Source: Candidatus Omnitrophota bacterium
Lineage (GTDB): Bacteria; Omnitrophota; Gorgyraeia; Duberdicusellales; 4484-171
Assembly (NCBI GenBank): GCA_037146775.1
Contig: JBAWWL010000007.1
Coordinates: 65,536 to 129,535 of the forward strand
Reading direction: 5' to 3'
Length of the DNA: 64,000 bases
Part shown: positions 37,612 through 46,896 of the stretch, piece by piece
How the letters are laid out: the number at the start of each line of letters is the position of its first letter
Numbering within the stretch: position 1 is the stretch's first letter
Program-made: the position numbers and the translations under genes
Notes under the pieces: model-generated
What the model was told of the DNA's origin: nothing
Seen by the model: the letters and a program-made list of their open reading frames with translations, nothing else
Database searches by the model: none

Positions 37612-39153
37612 ATGTTACGTAAAATCATAATTATAAGTTTAGCTGTTTTAGCCGTGACGAATTGTATAGCTTCCCTTAAAACATATGCCGCTGTCCCAAA
37701 AGACATACTTAAAGTTCAAGATCCTAAAATAAAACCGATCAAGGATGGGCAAGACAAAAAGCCTCCATTGCCGGATCTGGTTGCCGCATATGTCGATCTC
37801 AGACCTTGGGGTGGAGGCGGCGAGCGTCCGATCTCTACCGGTGCCAACTGTGGCATCACCGGCTCTATCCGCAATAACGGCGCCGAAATGGCGCGTAATG
37901 TTAATTACGAGCTATTGCTGGATGGGCGAGTTATCCACAGTGGCCGGGTAGACATTATGGGCGGCGCGAGCGTACAGGTGAATAGTGAATTTAATCTTGC
38001 GTTCAATGAGCCCGGCAATCCGGAAGTCACGCTGGTAGTGGATGGACGAGGCGATATTGCCGAGAGCAATGAATCGAACAATAGAGTGAGCCGGCGAGCT
38101 ACGGTGCAGAATTTAGATGATCTTGTGGAGGTGACCGGGGTTGAATTTATGGTTAATGGACGGGCAGTTGAAGAAACTATTGTTGGTCAGAGCGGCACGC
38201 TTAGGGTTCGGGTGCGTAACAACAGCCGCCAGGCGCTGAGTAATGTGAGTGTTTCAGGAAGACTGCAAGATACGCAGGATCAGTTCCAAAGGCTTGATCT
38301 GGCGCCTAACCAGGAACAGCAAATAGAGTTTTCTAATTTAAGTTTCCGGAGTCCGGGCGATAAACTCATAACCGGCAGAGCTTCGCTGTCGAACAACCGC
38401 GAGGACGCTAATCCCCGCAATGATTGGATGCAGCGGGGGATGACCGTACGGATGAACGAGAATAGGGAGCCGGATCTGGTTGCCGCATATGTCGATCTCA
38501 GACCTTGGGGTGGAGGCGGCGAGCGTCCGATCTCTACCGGTGCCAACTGTGGCATCACCGGCTCTATCCGCAATAACGGCGCCGAAATGGCGCGTAATGT
38601 TAATTACGAGCTATTGCTGGATGGGCGAGTTATCCACAGTGGCCGGGTAGACATTATGGGCGGCGCGAGCGTACAGGTGAATAGTGAATTTAATCTTGCG
38701 TTCAATGAGCCCGGCAATCCGGAAGTCACGCTGGTAGTGGATGGACGAGGCGATATTGCCGAGAGCAATGAATCGAACAATAGAGTGAGCCGGCGAGCTA
38801 CGGTGCAGAATTTAGATGATCTTGTGGAGGTGACCGGGGTTGAATTTATGGTTAATGGACGGGCAGTTGAAGAAACTATTGTTGGTCAGAGCGGCACGCT
38901 TAGGGTTCGGGTGCGTAACAACAGCCGCCAGGCGCTGAGTAATGTGAGTGTTTCAGGAAGACTGCAAGATACGCAGGATCAGTTCCAAAGGCTTGATCTG
39001 GCGCCTAACCAGGAACAGCAAATAGAGTTTTCTAATTTAAGTTTCCGGAGTCCGGGCGATAAACTCATAACCGGCAGAGCTTCGCTGTCGAACAACCGCG
39101 AGGACGCTAATCCCCGCAATGATTGGATGCAGCGGGGGATGACCGTACGCTAA
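37612..39153 (+). CDS. secreted CARDB/Ig-like domain protein with internal duplication
   Basis: PDLV...IRNNG...VVD....IAESNESNN CARDB motif, twice. Confidence 0.88.
   Translation: MLRKIIIISLAVLAVTNCIASLKTYAAVPKDILKVQDPKIKPIKDGQDKKPPLPDLVAAYVDLRPWGGGGERPISTGANCGITGSIRNNGAEMARNVNYELLLDGRVIHSGRVDIMGGASVQVNSEFNLAFNEPGNPEVTLVVDGRGDIAESNESNNRVSRRATVQNLDDLVEVTGVEFMVNGRAVEETIVGQSGTLRVRVRNNSRQALSNVSVSGRLQDTQDQFQRLDLAPNQEQQIEFSNLSFRSPGDKLITGRASLSNNREDANPRNDWMQRGMTVRMNENREPDLVAAYVDLRPWGGGGERPISTGANCGITGSIRNNGAEMARNVNYELLLDGRVIHSGRVDIMGGASVQVNSEFNLAFNEPGNPEVTLVVDGRGDIAESNESNNRVSRRATVQNLDDLVEVTGVEFMVNGRAVEETIVGQSGTLRVRVRNNSRQALSNVSVSGRLQDTQDQFQRLDLAPNQEQQIEFSNLSFRSPGDKLITGRASLSNNREDANPRNDWMQRGMTVR
37770..39149 (+). 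repeat. intragenic tandem duplication, 681 bp x2 (period 699)
   Basis: 37770-38450 matches 38469-39149; no mismatch seen. Confidence 0.93.
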
Positions 39154-39233
39154 AGGCAAATGGAATATAGGAGAAAATATAGAGTAAGGGGCACATAGAA
39201 CGGTATAGCTGGGTTAGACCTTGCCCTGGCCGT

Positions 39234-39571
39234 TACAAAAATTGAAACTTGAAGCCAAATGTCCACCTAAAAGAGGCGGACATGCCTTATCTATCTCTGC
39301 TGTAACGAATTACGCCGATTTATCTCTAGGAATGACGGACATTTTGGACAAACATTGACCATAAGTCAACCTCTAAAGCCTACAATTTCTTTGTTATTTG
39401 CCCAAATTATACCTATAATAATAGCTGTAGCAGTAAGAGATTTTCTTATTCCTGTGCCACCCAAGCGGAGTTTGTCTTTTTAACCCTCTGTGATAATATA
39501 TTGCCAGCCTTGCTGCAAAGTGATTGGCTATGCCAACAGGCCACCCTGTTGGTAGGCGGGCAGAGGGTTTT
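39234..39571 (+). repeat. family B copy 2 fused to promoter-in-terminator module copy 3
   Basis: aligns with 34809-35046; TTGTCT(39472)-N16-TAATAT; CAGAGGGTTTT 39561-39571. Confidence 0.9.
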
Positions 39572-39617
39572 GTTATTTTAGAACGGAAGAGGTAGAATTA
39601 AAAAAAAGGAGTTACGA

Positions 39618-39971
39618 GTGTGGGATAGAATTGATCGGAGAGAGTACCAAAGATTAATAGGCGAATATTTTGTTTACTATAAAATTAAAGATTCATCAGG
39701 AAGCTATAATCTCACTCGTACCAAAAATATCAGCAAAGGAGGTATGTTGCTTTCAGTGAATGAGCCTTTTGAAAAAGGAAAGAGTATGGCACTCATCATA
39801 AAAGGCCCTTTTGTCTTGGGAGCTGCCATAGAGACGACGGGGGTAGTTATTGAATCCAGAAAAATTGACAGAGGTTCTATTTATGAAACAAGAATTAAAT
39901 TTTCTAATATCAACGCAAAATTTCTCGACAAATTAGATGAATTTATCAAACGAAATTCCAAAGGTCGTTAG
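39618..39971 (+). CDS. PilZ-domain protein
   Basis: DRREYQR (RxxxR) and NISKGG (D/NxSxxG). Confidence 0.88.
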   Translation: MWDRIDRREYQRLIGEYFVYYKIKDSSGSYNLTRTKNISKGGMLLSVNEPFEKGKSMALIIKGPFVLGAAIETTGVVIESRKIDRGSIYETRIKFSNINAKFLDKLDEFIKRNSKGR

Positions 39972-39973
39972 AG

Positions 39974-40067
39974 AAAAAAGAGATAGCGGGGTCAGACCTT
40001 CAGATGTCAGATAGATTGACAAAAAAGAGATAGCGGGGTCAGACCTTCAGATGTCAGATAGATTGAC
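39974..40067 (+). repeat. 47-bp perfect tandem duplication containing GGGGTCAGACCTT
   Basis: 39974-40020 equals 40021-40067. Confidence 0.92.
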
Positions 40068-40219
40068 AAAGACCAAAAAATAAAATAGGGTCAGAGTCGT
40101 TTTGCTAAAGAGAGTGGAATAAATATCAGCTTCTAATTTTTGAAAATATAATTTCAATTTTCGCTTCGCGGCAACCCAAGGAAAAAACTTAAATATAATG
40201 GTTGGCAAGACCTGGCCCC
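40035..40219. mobile_element. REP/MITE-like element bounded by GGGGTCAGACCTT / AAGACCTGGCCCC
   Basis: imperfect terminal inverted repeats; interior homologous to 56979-57119. Confidence 0.65.
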
Positions 40220-40269
40220 ATTATTTCATATTGACAGGTTTTTTCCCTCAAGAAAAGGAGACAAAAGCT

Positions 40270-42735
40270 ATGAAACAAACTGTCGCAGCATTTTTAGGAG
40301 TCATCCTTGTTTGTTTTTATCTCTTGCCATTGAACGGGCAAGAGATCGCAGATTCAAACTCTAACAAATATGAAAAGTTTCCGGAACGCGTGCGTAAGAT
40401 CGCTGAGGGAATGGAAAAACTAGGACTTAGTCCGAAAATTGATTTATCTCCGAAAATCGGAGAAGGAAGCGAAGGATATATTATTAATGCGAAAATTGGA
40501 GAAGAAAAGCCCGGAGAAAAATTTACTAATATCACTGTTTATGTCGCGACTGAAGATAGTATTCAACAATTTCTTGTTTTTCCGTTGGTGGGTTTCGTTG
40601 TTGAACCGCGTGAGGAGTTGACGCCTGCGCCGCTCTGGACAGGGAAGATAGCTGATCGTTTTAAAGGTGATGGACTGGGCACAACTTATGGTGCGTATAT
40701 CACTCCCGGAGTAGGCGGCCACATAATCGGAGTGGCCAATGCGTACGCCATGAAAAACGATGTAATAGTGAGTGTCAGAATGGAGCGGTGCGATACCAAA
40801 CCACGTTCATATTACTCAGGTATCTCAGAATTTGACGGAGAGAAGAGAGCCATTGAACTTTCGGCCGGGTTAAAAGATGACAGCAGAAACTGGATAGATG
40901 CTTTAGTTAAGATCATTGATGGTTTAGGCGGGGTGAAAATTTCTGTTTTTGATGCCAATCCGCAGTACAATGACAAGTTTGATTTTACTGACAAAGCGGT
41001 GCTTAAGGATTTCCCCAGTAAGGAAGCATATTTGCAGAAGGCTGCTTACGTTGTATCTGTTGCAAACACGAAAAGGTCCGGCGCTGCCGCGGATGGTGTC
41101 AGCCTGCTCCTCTTACTTGCATCTGTCGACTACGAAGGTATAGCCACTTTCACGCTGGAGGGGGATGATTCGCCGGGCACCATCCATCCAATCGGTACTG
41201 ATTTTGACATGAAATTGCGCGAGAAGAAAATTAGAACTCCTACGCTCGTGTTAGAGAGAGGACCGGATTCAAAGCAGTATTGGGCCGCTGTTCTCTATCG
41301 TCCGCCGGACAATTTTGGCCGCGGGGACGGTACAAGAGAAGTTCGTGTGACGCTCTTATTGGAGAATACAGGGGGCAAAAAAATAGAGGACAATAAAGAT
41401 TCTAGTTCAAAACGAGGGGAGTGCATGATACGGCTCATACGTCCGCCGGTTGTCCTTGTCCATGGCACGTTTGATGCGCCGATACCGTGTTGGGACACCC
41501 CGGATCAACATAGCAGCTTTACAATGAAAAAACGGCTGGAACAGGAAGGATTCAGACCGTTTATGGTGGACTGGGTGGAAACGAACGGATATAAAGATCC
41601 AAGCGCGTTTATCTCAAACTGCGAGACTGTGTGGAAAAATAATGGAGGGATCCACGAGGCACTGGAGACTTTTCGTAAGGACAACTTTGCGGCCACACAG
41701 GCGGATCTTGTCTGTCACAGCCAGGGCGGTGTGATCGCACGCAGGTACGTGAAGGGGACGGTATCGGAGACGAAGCTTGCCGACGACGATTACCATTATA
41801 CTAATCCGCGCGAGTGCTCACGCGGCGCGTGCTACTATCATCGTCTTAATAACTTCGCGAAAGGCGACATCCACCGTCTTATTACGATCAGTGCTACGCA
41901 TATGGGAAGCGACATTTGCTCTCTGTTAAATGTCTTTATCCAGCTTCGCAGTGAGGGGATGAAGTTAGCATCATGGGACTCGCTTTGCGCAAAACTTGCC
42001 CTTTTAGGCGGCGGTTATCAGGGAAACTGCACGAGTGATTGGATGGTTGTCAATTTTGCCTATTATACGAAAGAGTTTATCAGGCGGATGGGAAATGGTG
42101 AGCTTACAGGCGCGTATAAGGATCAGATCCCTGGTAGTCCGGCACTTCAGGCCATCGGAAAAACACTAGTTCCTTCGCATGCCATCGCGTGTACCGCTGA
42201 GGATAAAGATTTGATGGATTTTGATGGATCATACGAGGACCGAATGGAAACGATCTGGGAAGGTTCCAGTCGCGGCCTCTTGCTGGAGGCGTTTCGCAAG
42301 CTTGGGCAGAATGAAGATGCTGATGACCTTGCGCGAAGAGTGGACGAACAGGAGAGGGCGGAAGGCCTTGCGGCGGAAATTGTCAAGCTTAAGGTTATGC
42401 GGACGCATAGGATGGCGAATGCCAGAAGATTTCGTGCGGCAGTTTTTGGCAACAACCCGAATGACTGCACTGTCAGGAGGGAAAGCTCGCTGGGAGGGTT
42501 ACCAGAGCAATATACGACAACGATCCCCAACATCCTTCATGGTTACGCGCCGTGGTATAGCGCTGTGCAAGAACGCGTTGTACAGCTCCTTAAAGATGAC
42601 GGCGGCAAGTTTTGTTCAGCCGGGTTTCCGCAGGCCGGTGTGATGCCGCGCAATATCCAGTATATAGGACCATCTGTCATTGGCCCGGAGCTTGAAAAAG
42701 GTGTTGATCAAGGTTCTTTGCCTGTGGGACAGTAA
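40270..42735 (+). CDS. secreted alpha/beta-hydrolase (lipase/PGAP1-like)
   Basis: PVVLVHG, CHSQGG nucleophile elbow, late NDCTV and His; signal peptide after AAGGAG. Confidence 0.8.
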   Translation: MKQTVAAFLGVILVCFYLLPLNGQEIADSNSNKYEKFPERVRKIAEGMEKLGLSPKIDLSPKIGEGSEGYIINAKIGEEKPGEKFTNITVYVATEDSIQQFLVFPLVGFVVEPREELTPAPLWTGKIADRFKGDGLGTTYGAYITPGVGGHIIGVANAYAMKNDVIVSVRMERCDTKPRSYYSGISEFDGEKRAIELSAGLKDDSRNWIDALVKIIDGLGGVKISVFDANPQYNDKFDFTDKAVLKDFPSKEAYLQKAAYVVSVANTKRSGAAADGVSLLLLLASVDYEGIATFTLEGDDSPGTIHPIGTDFDMKLREKKIRTPTLVLERGPDSKQYWAAVLYRPPDNFGRGDGTREVRVTLLLENTGGKKIEDNKDSSSKRGECMIRLIRPPVVLVHGTFDAPIPCWDTPDQHSSFTMKKRLEQEGFRPFMVDWVETNGYKDPSAFISNCETVWKNNGGIHEALETFRKDNFAATQADLVCHSQGGVIARRYVKGTVSETKLADDDYHYTNPRECSRGACYYHRLNNFAKGDIHRLITISATHMGSDICSLLNVFIQLRSEGMKLASWDSLCAKLALLGGGYQGNCTSDWMVVNFAYYTKEFIRRMGNGELTGAYKDQIPGSPALQAIGKTLVPSHAIACTAEDKDLMDFDGSYEDRMETIWEGSSRGLLLEAFRKLGQNEDADDLARRVDEQERAEGLAAEIVKLKVMRTHRMANARRFRAAVFGNNPNDCTVRRESSLGGLPEQYTTTIPNILHGYAPWYSAVQERVVQLLKDDGGKFCSAGFPQAGVMPRNIQYIGPSVIGPELEKGVDQGSLPVGQ

Positions 42736-42736
42736 C

Positions 42737-42887
42737 GGGGTTAGGCCTTCAGATGTCAGATAGATTGCAAAAACGTAATTATTTATAAACCAAATCCCAC
42801 CCCGGAGGTGGGCTTTGGTTTTAAGACAATATATTAAATAAAATTAAAAACTAATCCCAATGGCGATGATCCTCTTGATGAATTTTG
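42737..42887 (+). repeat. ~150-bp composite repeat (REP half, hairpin, family A stub), copy 1
   Basis: direct repeat of 44372-44520. Confidence 0.85.
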
Positions 42888-42922
42888 AAAATTCCGAGGA
42901 CACAATGTACGATTAAGAAGAT

Positions 42923-43678
42923 ATGTCTAAATATTATACCGGCAGAAGAACTCGAAATTTGTTTGACCCACAGAGCAAGGCGCCCTTCAGGCTAAGTCGT
43001 TCTAAAATTGAACTATTCATAAACTGCCCAAGGTGCTTTTACCTGGATAGAAGGCTAGGTGTAGGCCAGCCACCCGGGTATCCTTTTGCTTTAAACTCCG
43101 CAGTGGATAAGCTATTGAAGAAAGAATTTGATATCCATAGAGATAGGCAGACAAGACACCCTCTTATGGTAGCCAAGAGTATTAACGCTGTACCTTTTAA
43201 ACACGAAAAAATAAATTATTGGCGGGATGCTCTTCGTGGTGGAATGGAGCATTTACACGGACCGACCAATCTTTTGCTTACGGGCGCTGTGGATGATGTT
43301 TGGGTTGGGAGTGACGGCCGACTATTTATCGTTGATTACAAGAGTACGTCAAAGGAAGAAGAGGTAAACATAGACGCGGATTGGCAGGTTTCTTATAAAA
43401 GACAGATGGAGATATACCAATGGTTATTCAGGAAGAATGGGTTTAACGTATCATCTACGGGTTATTTTGTTTACTGTAACGGACTTACAGACAGAGATAC
43501 CTTTAGCGCAAAATTAGATTTTCATATTAAAATAATACCTTACGAAGGTAATGATTCCTGGATCGAAGCTAAGATTATTGATATGCATAAATGCCTAATG
43601 AGTTCTGAAATTCCCGAGCATGGCGCGGATTGCGATTTCTGTATTTATCGAAAGGCATTAAAAGAAGTAAATGGATAG
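42923..43678 (+). CDS. PD-(D/E)XK_1 (Cas4/AddB-like) nuclease
   Basis: LSRSKI..F..CPRC, GAVDD...IVDYK, QMEIY, C-terminal CDFC. Confidence 0.88.
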   Translation: MSKYYTGRRTRNLFDPQSKAPFRLSRSKIELFINCPRCFYLDRRLGVGQPPGYPFALNSAVDKLLKKEFDIHRDRQTRHPLMVAKSINAVPFKHEKINYWRDALRGGMEHLHGPTNLLLTGAVDDVWVGSDGRLFIVDYKSTSKEEEVNIDADWQVSYKRQMEIYQWLFRKNGFNVSSTGYFVYCNGLTDRDTFSAKLDFHIKIIPYEGNDSWIEAKIIDMHKCLMSSEIPEHGADCDFCIYRKALKEVNG

Positions 43679-43842
43679 ATAATAGTAAATTTACTAATTG
43701 TCTAAACTTCATGGTTGGTAAAAGGGTAACGGGGGTAGACCTTAAAATGTGTCCCCCACGCTTTCAGCTTTGGGATAATTCAACTAGAGTCTCAACATTG
43801 TTTCGGCTAACTTTCATTAAAATAATTCCGGTCCAACAAATA

Positions 43843-44211
43843 ATGATCAAGAAGCAATTGATATTTATCTTAGTGGTGTTATTCTTGGCTGCTTGTGCGG
43901 ACAATACTCCCGTAATCGGTCCATATCCTAAAACAGGAATGGCTTCCTGGTATTCGGCTAAAATCACTGCAACAGGCGAGAGGTTTGATGGCAATGATCT
44001 GACTTGCGCCATGCGTAGAACAGACTTTGGTAAACGTTACAAGGTTTGCAATACAGCGGACAATAAATGCGTAATAGTCAGGCATAATAATTTTGGGCCT
44101 GCCAAACGCTTTTATGGTAAAGGCAGAATAATTGATTTAAGCAGGGCAGCGTTTTCCCGGATAGCAGATTTGAAAGAAGGTATAGTCGGAGTTACGATAG
44201 AAGAAGAATAA
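43843..44211 (+). CDS. RlpA-like DPBB lipoprotein
   Basis: LAAC lipobox; G.ASWY...TATGE.F, GRIIDLS..AF. Confidence 0.85.
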   Translation: MIKKQLIFILVVLFLAACADNTPVIGPYPKTGMASWYSAKITATGERFDGNDLTCAMRRTDFGKRYKVCNTADNKCVIVRHNNFGPAKRFYGKGRIIDLSRAAFSRIADLKEGIVGVTIEEE

Positions 44212-44265
44212 AAGAGCCGGAATTATGATCAAACTTTATAAAAATATTTAAGATTAGAGGACGAG

Positions 44266-44370
44266 ATGAAAAAAATATTAGTCTTAACCTTCCTGTTGTT
44301 AATTCCTATTATTATCCATGCTGAAACCATAAAATTCAAATCAGGTAAAACAGTTGAGGGGAAAAGATAG
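44266..44370 (+). pseudogene. 5' stub of a secreted protein cut by a REP-like repeat
   Basis: MKKILVLTFLLLIPIIIHAETIKFKSGKTVEGK resembles the N-terminus of 35274; the stop comes from the repeat. Confidence 0.7.
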
Positions 44371-44371
44371 T

Positions 44372-44520
44372 GGGGTCAGACCTTCAGATGTCAGATAGAT
44401 TACAAAAACGTAATTATTTATAAACCAAAGCCCACCTCCGGGGTGGGATTTGGTTTAAAGCCATAGAGTAAACAAAATTAAAAATTAACCCATGCCCGAC
44501 GATCCGTTTGATGAATTTTA
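44372..44520 (+). repeat. composite repeat copy 2 (internal hairpin inverted)
   Basis: 44422-44456 is the exact reverse complement of 42787-42821. Confidence 0.85.
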
Positions 44521-44599
44521 ACCAAATCTTACATACTAGTTCGGATTTAGTTTGTAAAATACTCCCCGGAGGCTTTATCTCCTGCTATAATACCTACCA

Positions 44600-44671
44600 G
44601 TGAAAAAGAAATTTATACGAACGGGTAATTTCTGTGTTTATATTTTGAATAACCCGAATCCGACCGCCTAA
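44600..44671 (+). pseudogene. GIY-YIG N-terminal stub
   Basis: MKKKFIRTGNFCVYIL vs MTKRAFIRRGKFCVYIL of the next gene. Confidence 0.6.
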
Positions 44672-44739
44672 ATATCGGGGTAAATCTTGCTTTACAACAT
44701 TTACCCCGAAGCGGTTCGGATATGGCATTGTAAAATACT

Positions 44740-45045
44740 ATGACGAAAAGAGCGTTTATAAGGCGAGGTAAGTTTTGTGTTTATATTTTACAATGCCAAG
44801 ATGGCAGCTATTATACTGGTCACACTAATGATTTAGAGAGGCGGTTGAAACAACATAATAGCGGTAAAGGTGCTTGGTATACAAAACTTAAGGGATACGT
44901 AGAGCTTGTCTGGCATAAAGAGTACCGGTGTTTTAAGCCAGCCTTTTTGATGGAGAAGAGGATTAAGACATTAACGAGGAAGCAGAAGGAAATATTAGTT
45001 AAAGGGAAGAGATTAGACAGAGTATTAGCAAGCGCTGGTAAGTAA
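44740..45045 (+). CDS. stand-alone GIY-YIG nuclease (UPF0213-like)
   Basis: VYILQCQDGSYYTGHTNDLERRLKQHNSGKGA.YT. Confidence 0.92.
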   Translation: MTKRAFIRRGKFCVYILQCQDGSYYTGHTNDLERRLKQHNSGKGAWYTKLKGYVELVWHKEYRCFKPAFLMEKRIKTLTRKQKEILVKGKRLDRVLASAGK

Positions 45046-45141
45046 TTATAGAGTCCGGTCGCCTAGGTACTGAGAAATTTTCTACGAAAATTTCTCAGAG
45101 CGGCACGAACATGGCCGCAAGCGGCCGAGAACAGCACGGAC

Positions 45142-46533
45142 ATGGCCGGACGCGGTCGAGAAATGAAAATAAAAAAATTATCCCGGAAGCAAAAAGAAGC
45201 ATTAACTAGAGAGGAGAATCAAACAATGCGTCGCCGTAATCGTATTCGTGGATATCATGCCGGGAAGAAACAGGTTCAGGGGCCGCGCGTATCCGCCCGC
45301 GTCTTTTCATTCGGGATTTTTATAGCGGACATGATCTATCGTCAGAAACAGGCAAGCGCTTTACCGGAGGAGTTTCTGGGCATAAAGAGGCAGCGGGGCG
45401 ATAATGCGATGATGGTGGTTCCGGAAGAATGGATAACGCAGGCAAAGGAAGCGTTAGAGAGTCTTAAGGTTCCTATTGATACCAATTTTGGCGGCTTAGC
45501 CAATGCCATGGTTTCTATCTTAGCCGCGCTTACACCTGAAGGAAAAATTGTTCTCATCGCACTATGTGGTAATGACCAGGCAGGCCGGGCAAATATTGCC
45601 TATTTAGAAAGATTGAGCATCGATACGCGTATTTTAAAAAAAGTGTTGAAAACAAGCAAAGTCTCTGCCTGTAATTTAATCCGAAACCTGGAAGTTGCAG
45701 GAGACGCCAAAAATAAGGCAGTAACTTACTGCAAAGATTTTGCCTTTTATTTAGCACCTACCGAAGGGTTCTCTTATTCTAAATGGATGCCTAAAGATTT
45801 GAGGCGGCAAGATATTGTACATATAGGAGGAGTAGACCTTATCCTTTGCCCTAAAGATTGGTCTAAAGAGCGAAAACAGGTAAAATATAAAAGAAATATA
45901 AATGAGATGGTCAAGCTAGCCCATGCGGCCCACAACAAAGGCGCAATAGTAGTGGCGGATTTCTGCATGGGAGATCCGGATTTCTGGGAGATAGTCCCGG
46001 ACAGCTTTTTTAGAAATATTGATGTCGCTAAACCCGGAATTGCGCAGGCATTGCCTATTTATAACAGCCGCCACAAGAGTAATCCTATAGAGTTGGATAT
46101 TAGAAATCCTCACCAACTAACGAAGGATCATATACCGGAACTCTTAGAGATTCAGAATTTTCTCTTAAAGCTGGAGTTTGGGGCAATATTTATGACTTTG
46201 GATACAGGCGGGACGATTATTTCCGCCCGGAAGAGCAGTATTTTTGGCAAGGTTTCTGCCAGGCACATTCCGATAATTCCTGCCAGAAAATTCGTAGACG
46301 GCACTGGATGCGGAGACGCTTTTGTGGCCGGTATCATCAATGGCATACGCGAAGGCTGGGATATGTTTACTACTGCCTGTTTTGCTGCGACTATAGGCAG
46401 CCTGATTGCTGAGCGCGCCGGAGTTTTTCTTGAGGAAAAATATATAGGCAAAGGAAAGTGGTTGCCAGTAGTCCAGAAGAGATTAAAAGAATGCAGGAAT
46501 ACTTTTGGGGAATTCCGGCAACATCTGTTATAG
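45142..46533 (+). CDS. PfkB-family carbohydrate kinase (start uncertain)
   Basis: GG..N, G.D..G, VDGTGCGDAFVAG. Confidence 0.82.
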   Translation: MAGRGREMKIKKLSRKQKEALTREENQTMRRRNRIRGYHAGKKQVQGPRVSARVFSFGIFIADMIYRQKQASALPEEFLGIKRQRGDNAMMVVPEEWITQAKEALESLKVPIDTNFGGLANAMVSILAALTPEGKIVLIALCGNDQAGRANIAYLERLSIDTRILKKVLKTSKVSACNLIRNLEVAGDAKNKAVTYCKDFAFYLAPTEGFSYSKWMPKDLRRQDIVHIGGVDLILCPKDWSKERKQVKYKRNINEMVKLAHAAHNKGAIVVADFCMGDPDFWEIVPDSFFRNIDVAKPGIAQALPIYNSRHKSNPIELDIRNPHQLTKDHIPELLEIQNFLLKLEFGAIFMTLDTGGTIISARKSSIFGKVSARHIPIIPARKFVDGTGCGDAFVAGIINGIREGWDMFTTACFAATIGSLIAERAGVFLEEKYIGKGKWLPVVQKRLKECRNTFGEFRQHLL

Positions 46534-46570
46534 TTATTATTAAGCAGTCAGATAACAGGTTCAGGTGTTG

Positions 46571-46655
46571 CCTGCCGCAAAGCGGCGAGGTCTCGCTCGC
46601 TCGCCTCACGGCGAAGCCGTGGGCCTCTCGGCGAAGCCGAGGGTCTTCGGCGGAA
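46571..46655. repeat. cluster of REP-like hairpins with GCGAAGC loops
   Basis: CACGGCGAAGCCGTG, CTCGGCGAAGCCGAG, GCCGCAAAGCGGC. Confidence 0.7.
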
Positions 46656-46670
46656 AAGCTGAAATTATTT

Positions 46671-46841
46671 ATGTCCGACGATCCGATTGATGAATTTTTA
46701 GGATACGATTTTGCGATGGGGGCAGATAGTATAAAGTGCCCGCATCGCGGTCATGCTATATCACGCAGTTTGTTTTTCGACAACGATGCCGAAGCAATCG
46801 AATGCCCTAAATGTGGTGGAAAAGTAGAAAATAATGAATAA
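46671..46841 (+). CDS. Zn-ribbon mini-protein (family A), first CxxC changed to CPHR
   Basis: MSDDPIDEFLGYDFAMGADSIKCPHRGHAISRSLFFDNDAEAIECPKCGGKVENNE. Confidence 0.7.
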   Translation: MSDDPIDEFLGYDFAMGADSIKCPHRGHAISRSLFFDNDAEAIECPKCGGKVENNE

Positions 46842-46896
46842 AAAGCAATTAATGGTTGTTTAGTATAGATAAGAAGAGAATAACCAGGGACTGAAA

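Noticed and set aside
46458-46670. N-terminal part of ORF 46458..46841
   Set aside because: It runs through the PfkB end and the REP hairpins; paralogues show the real start is ATG 46671
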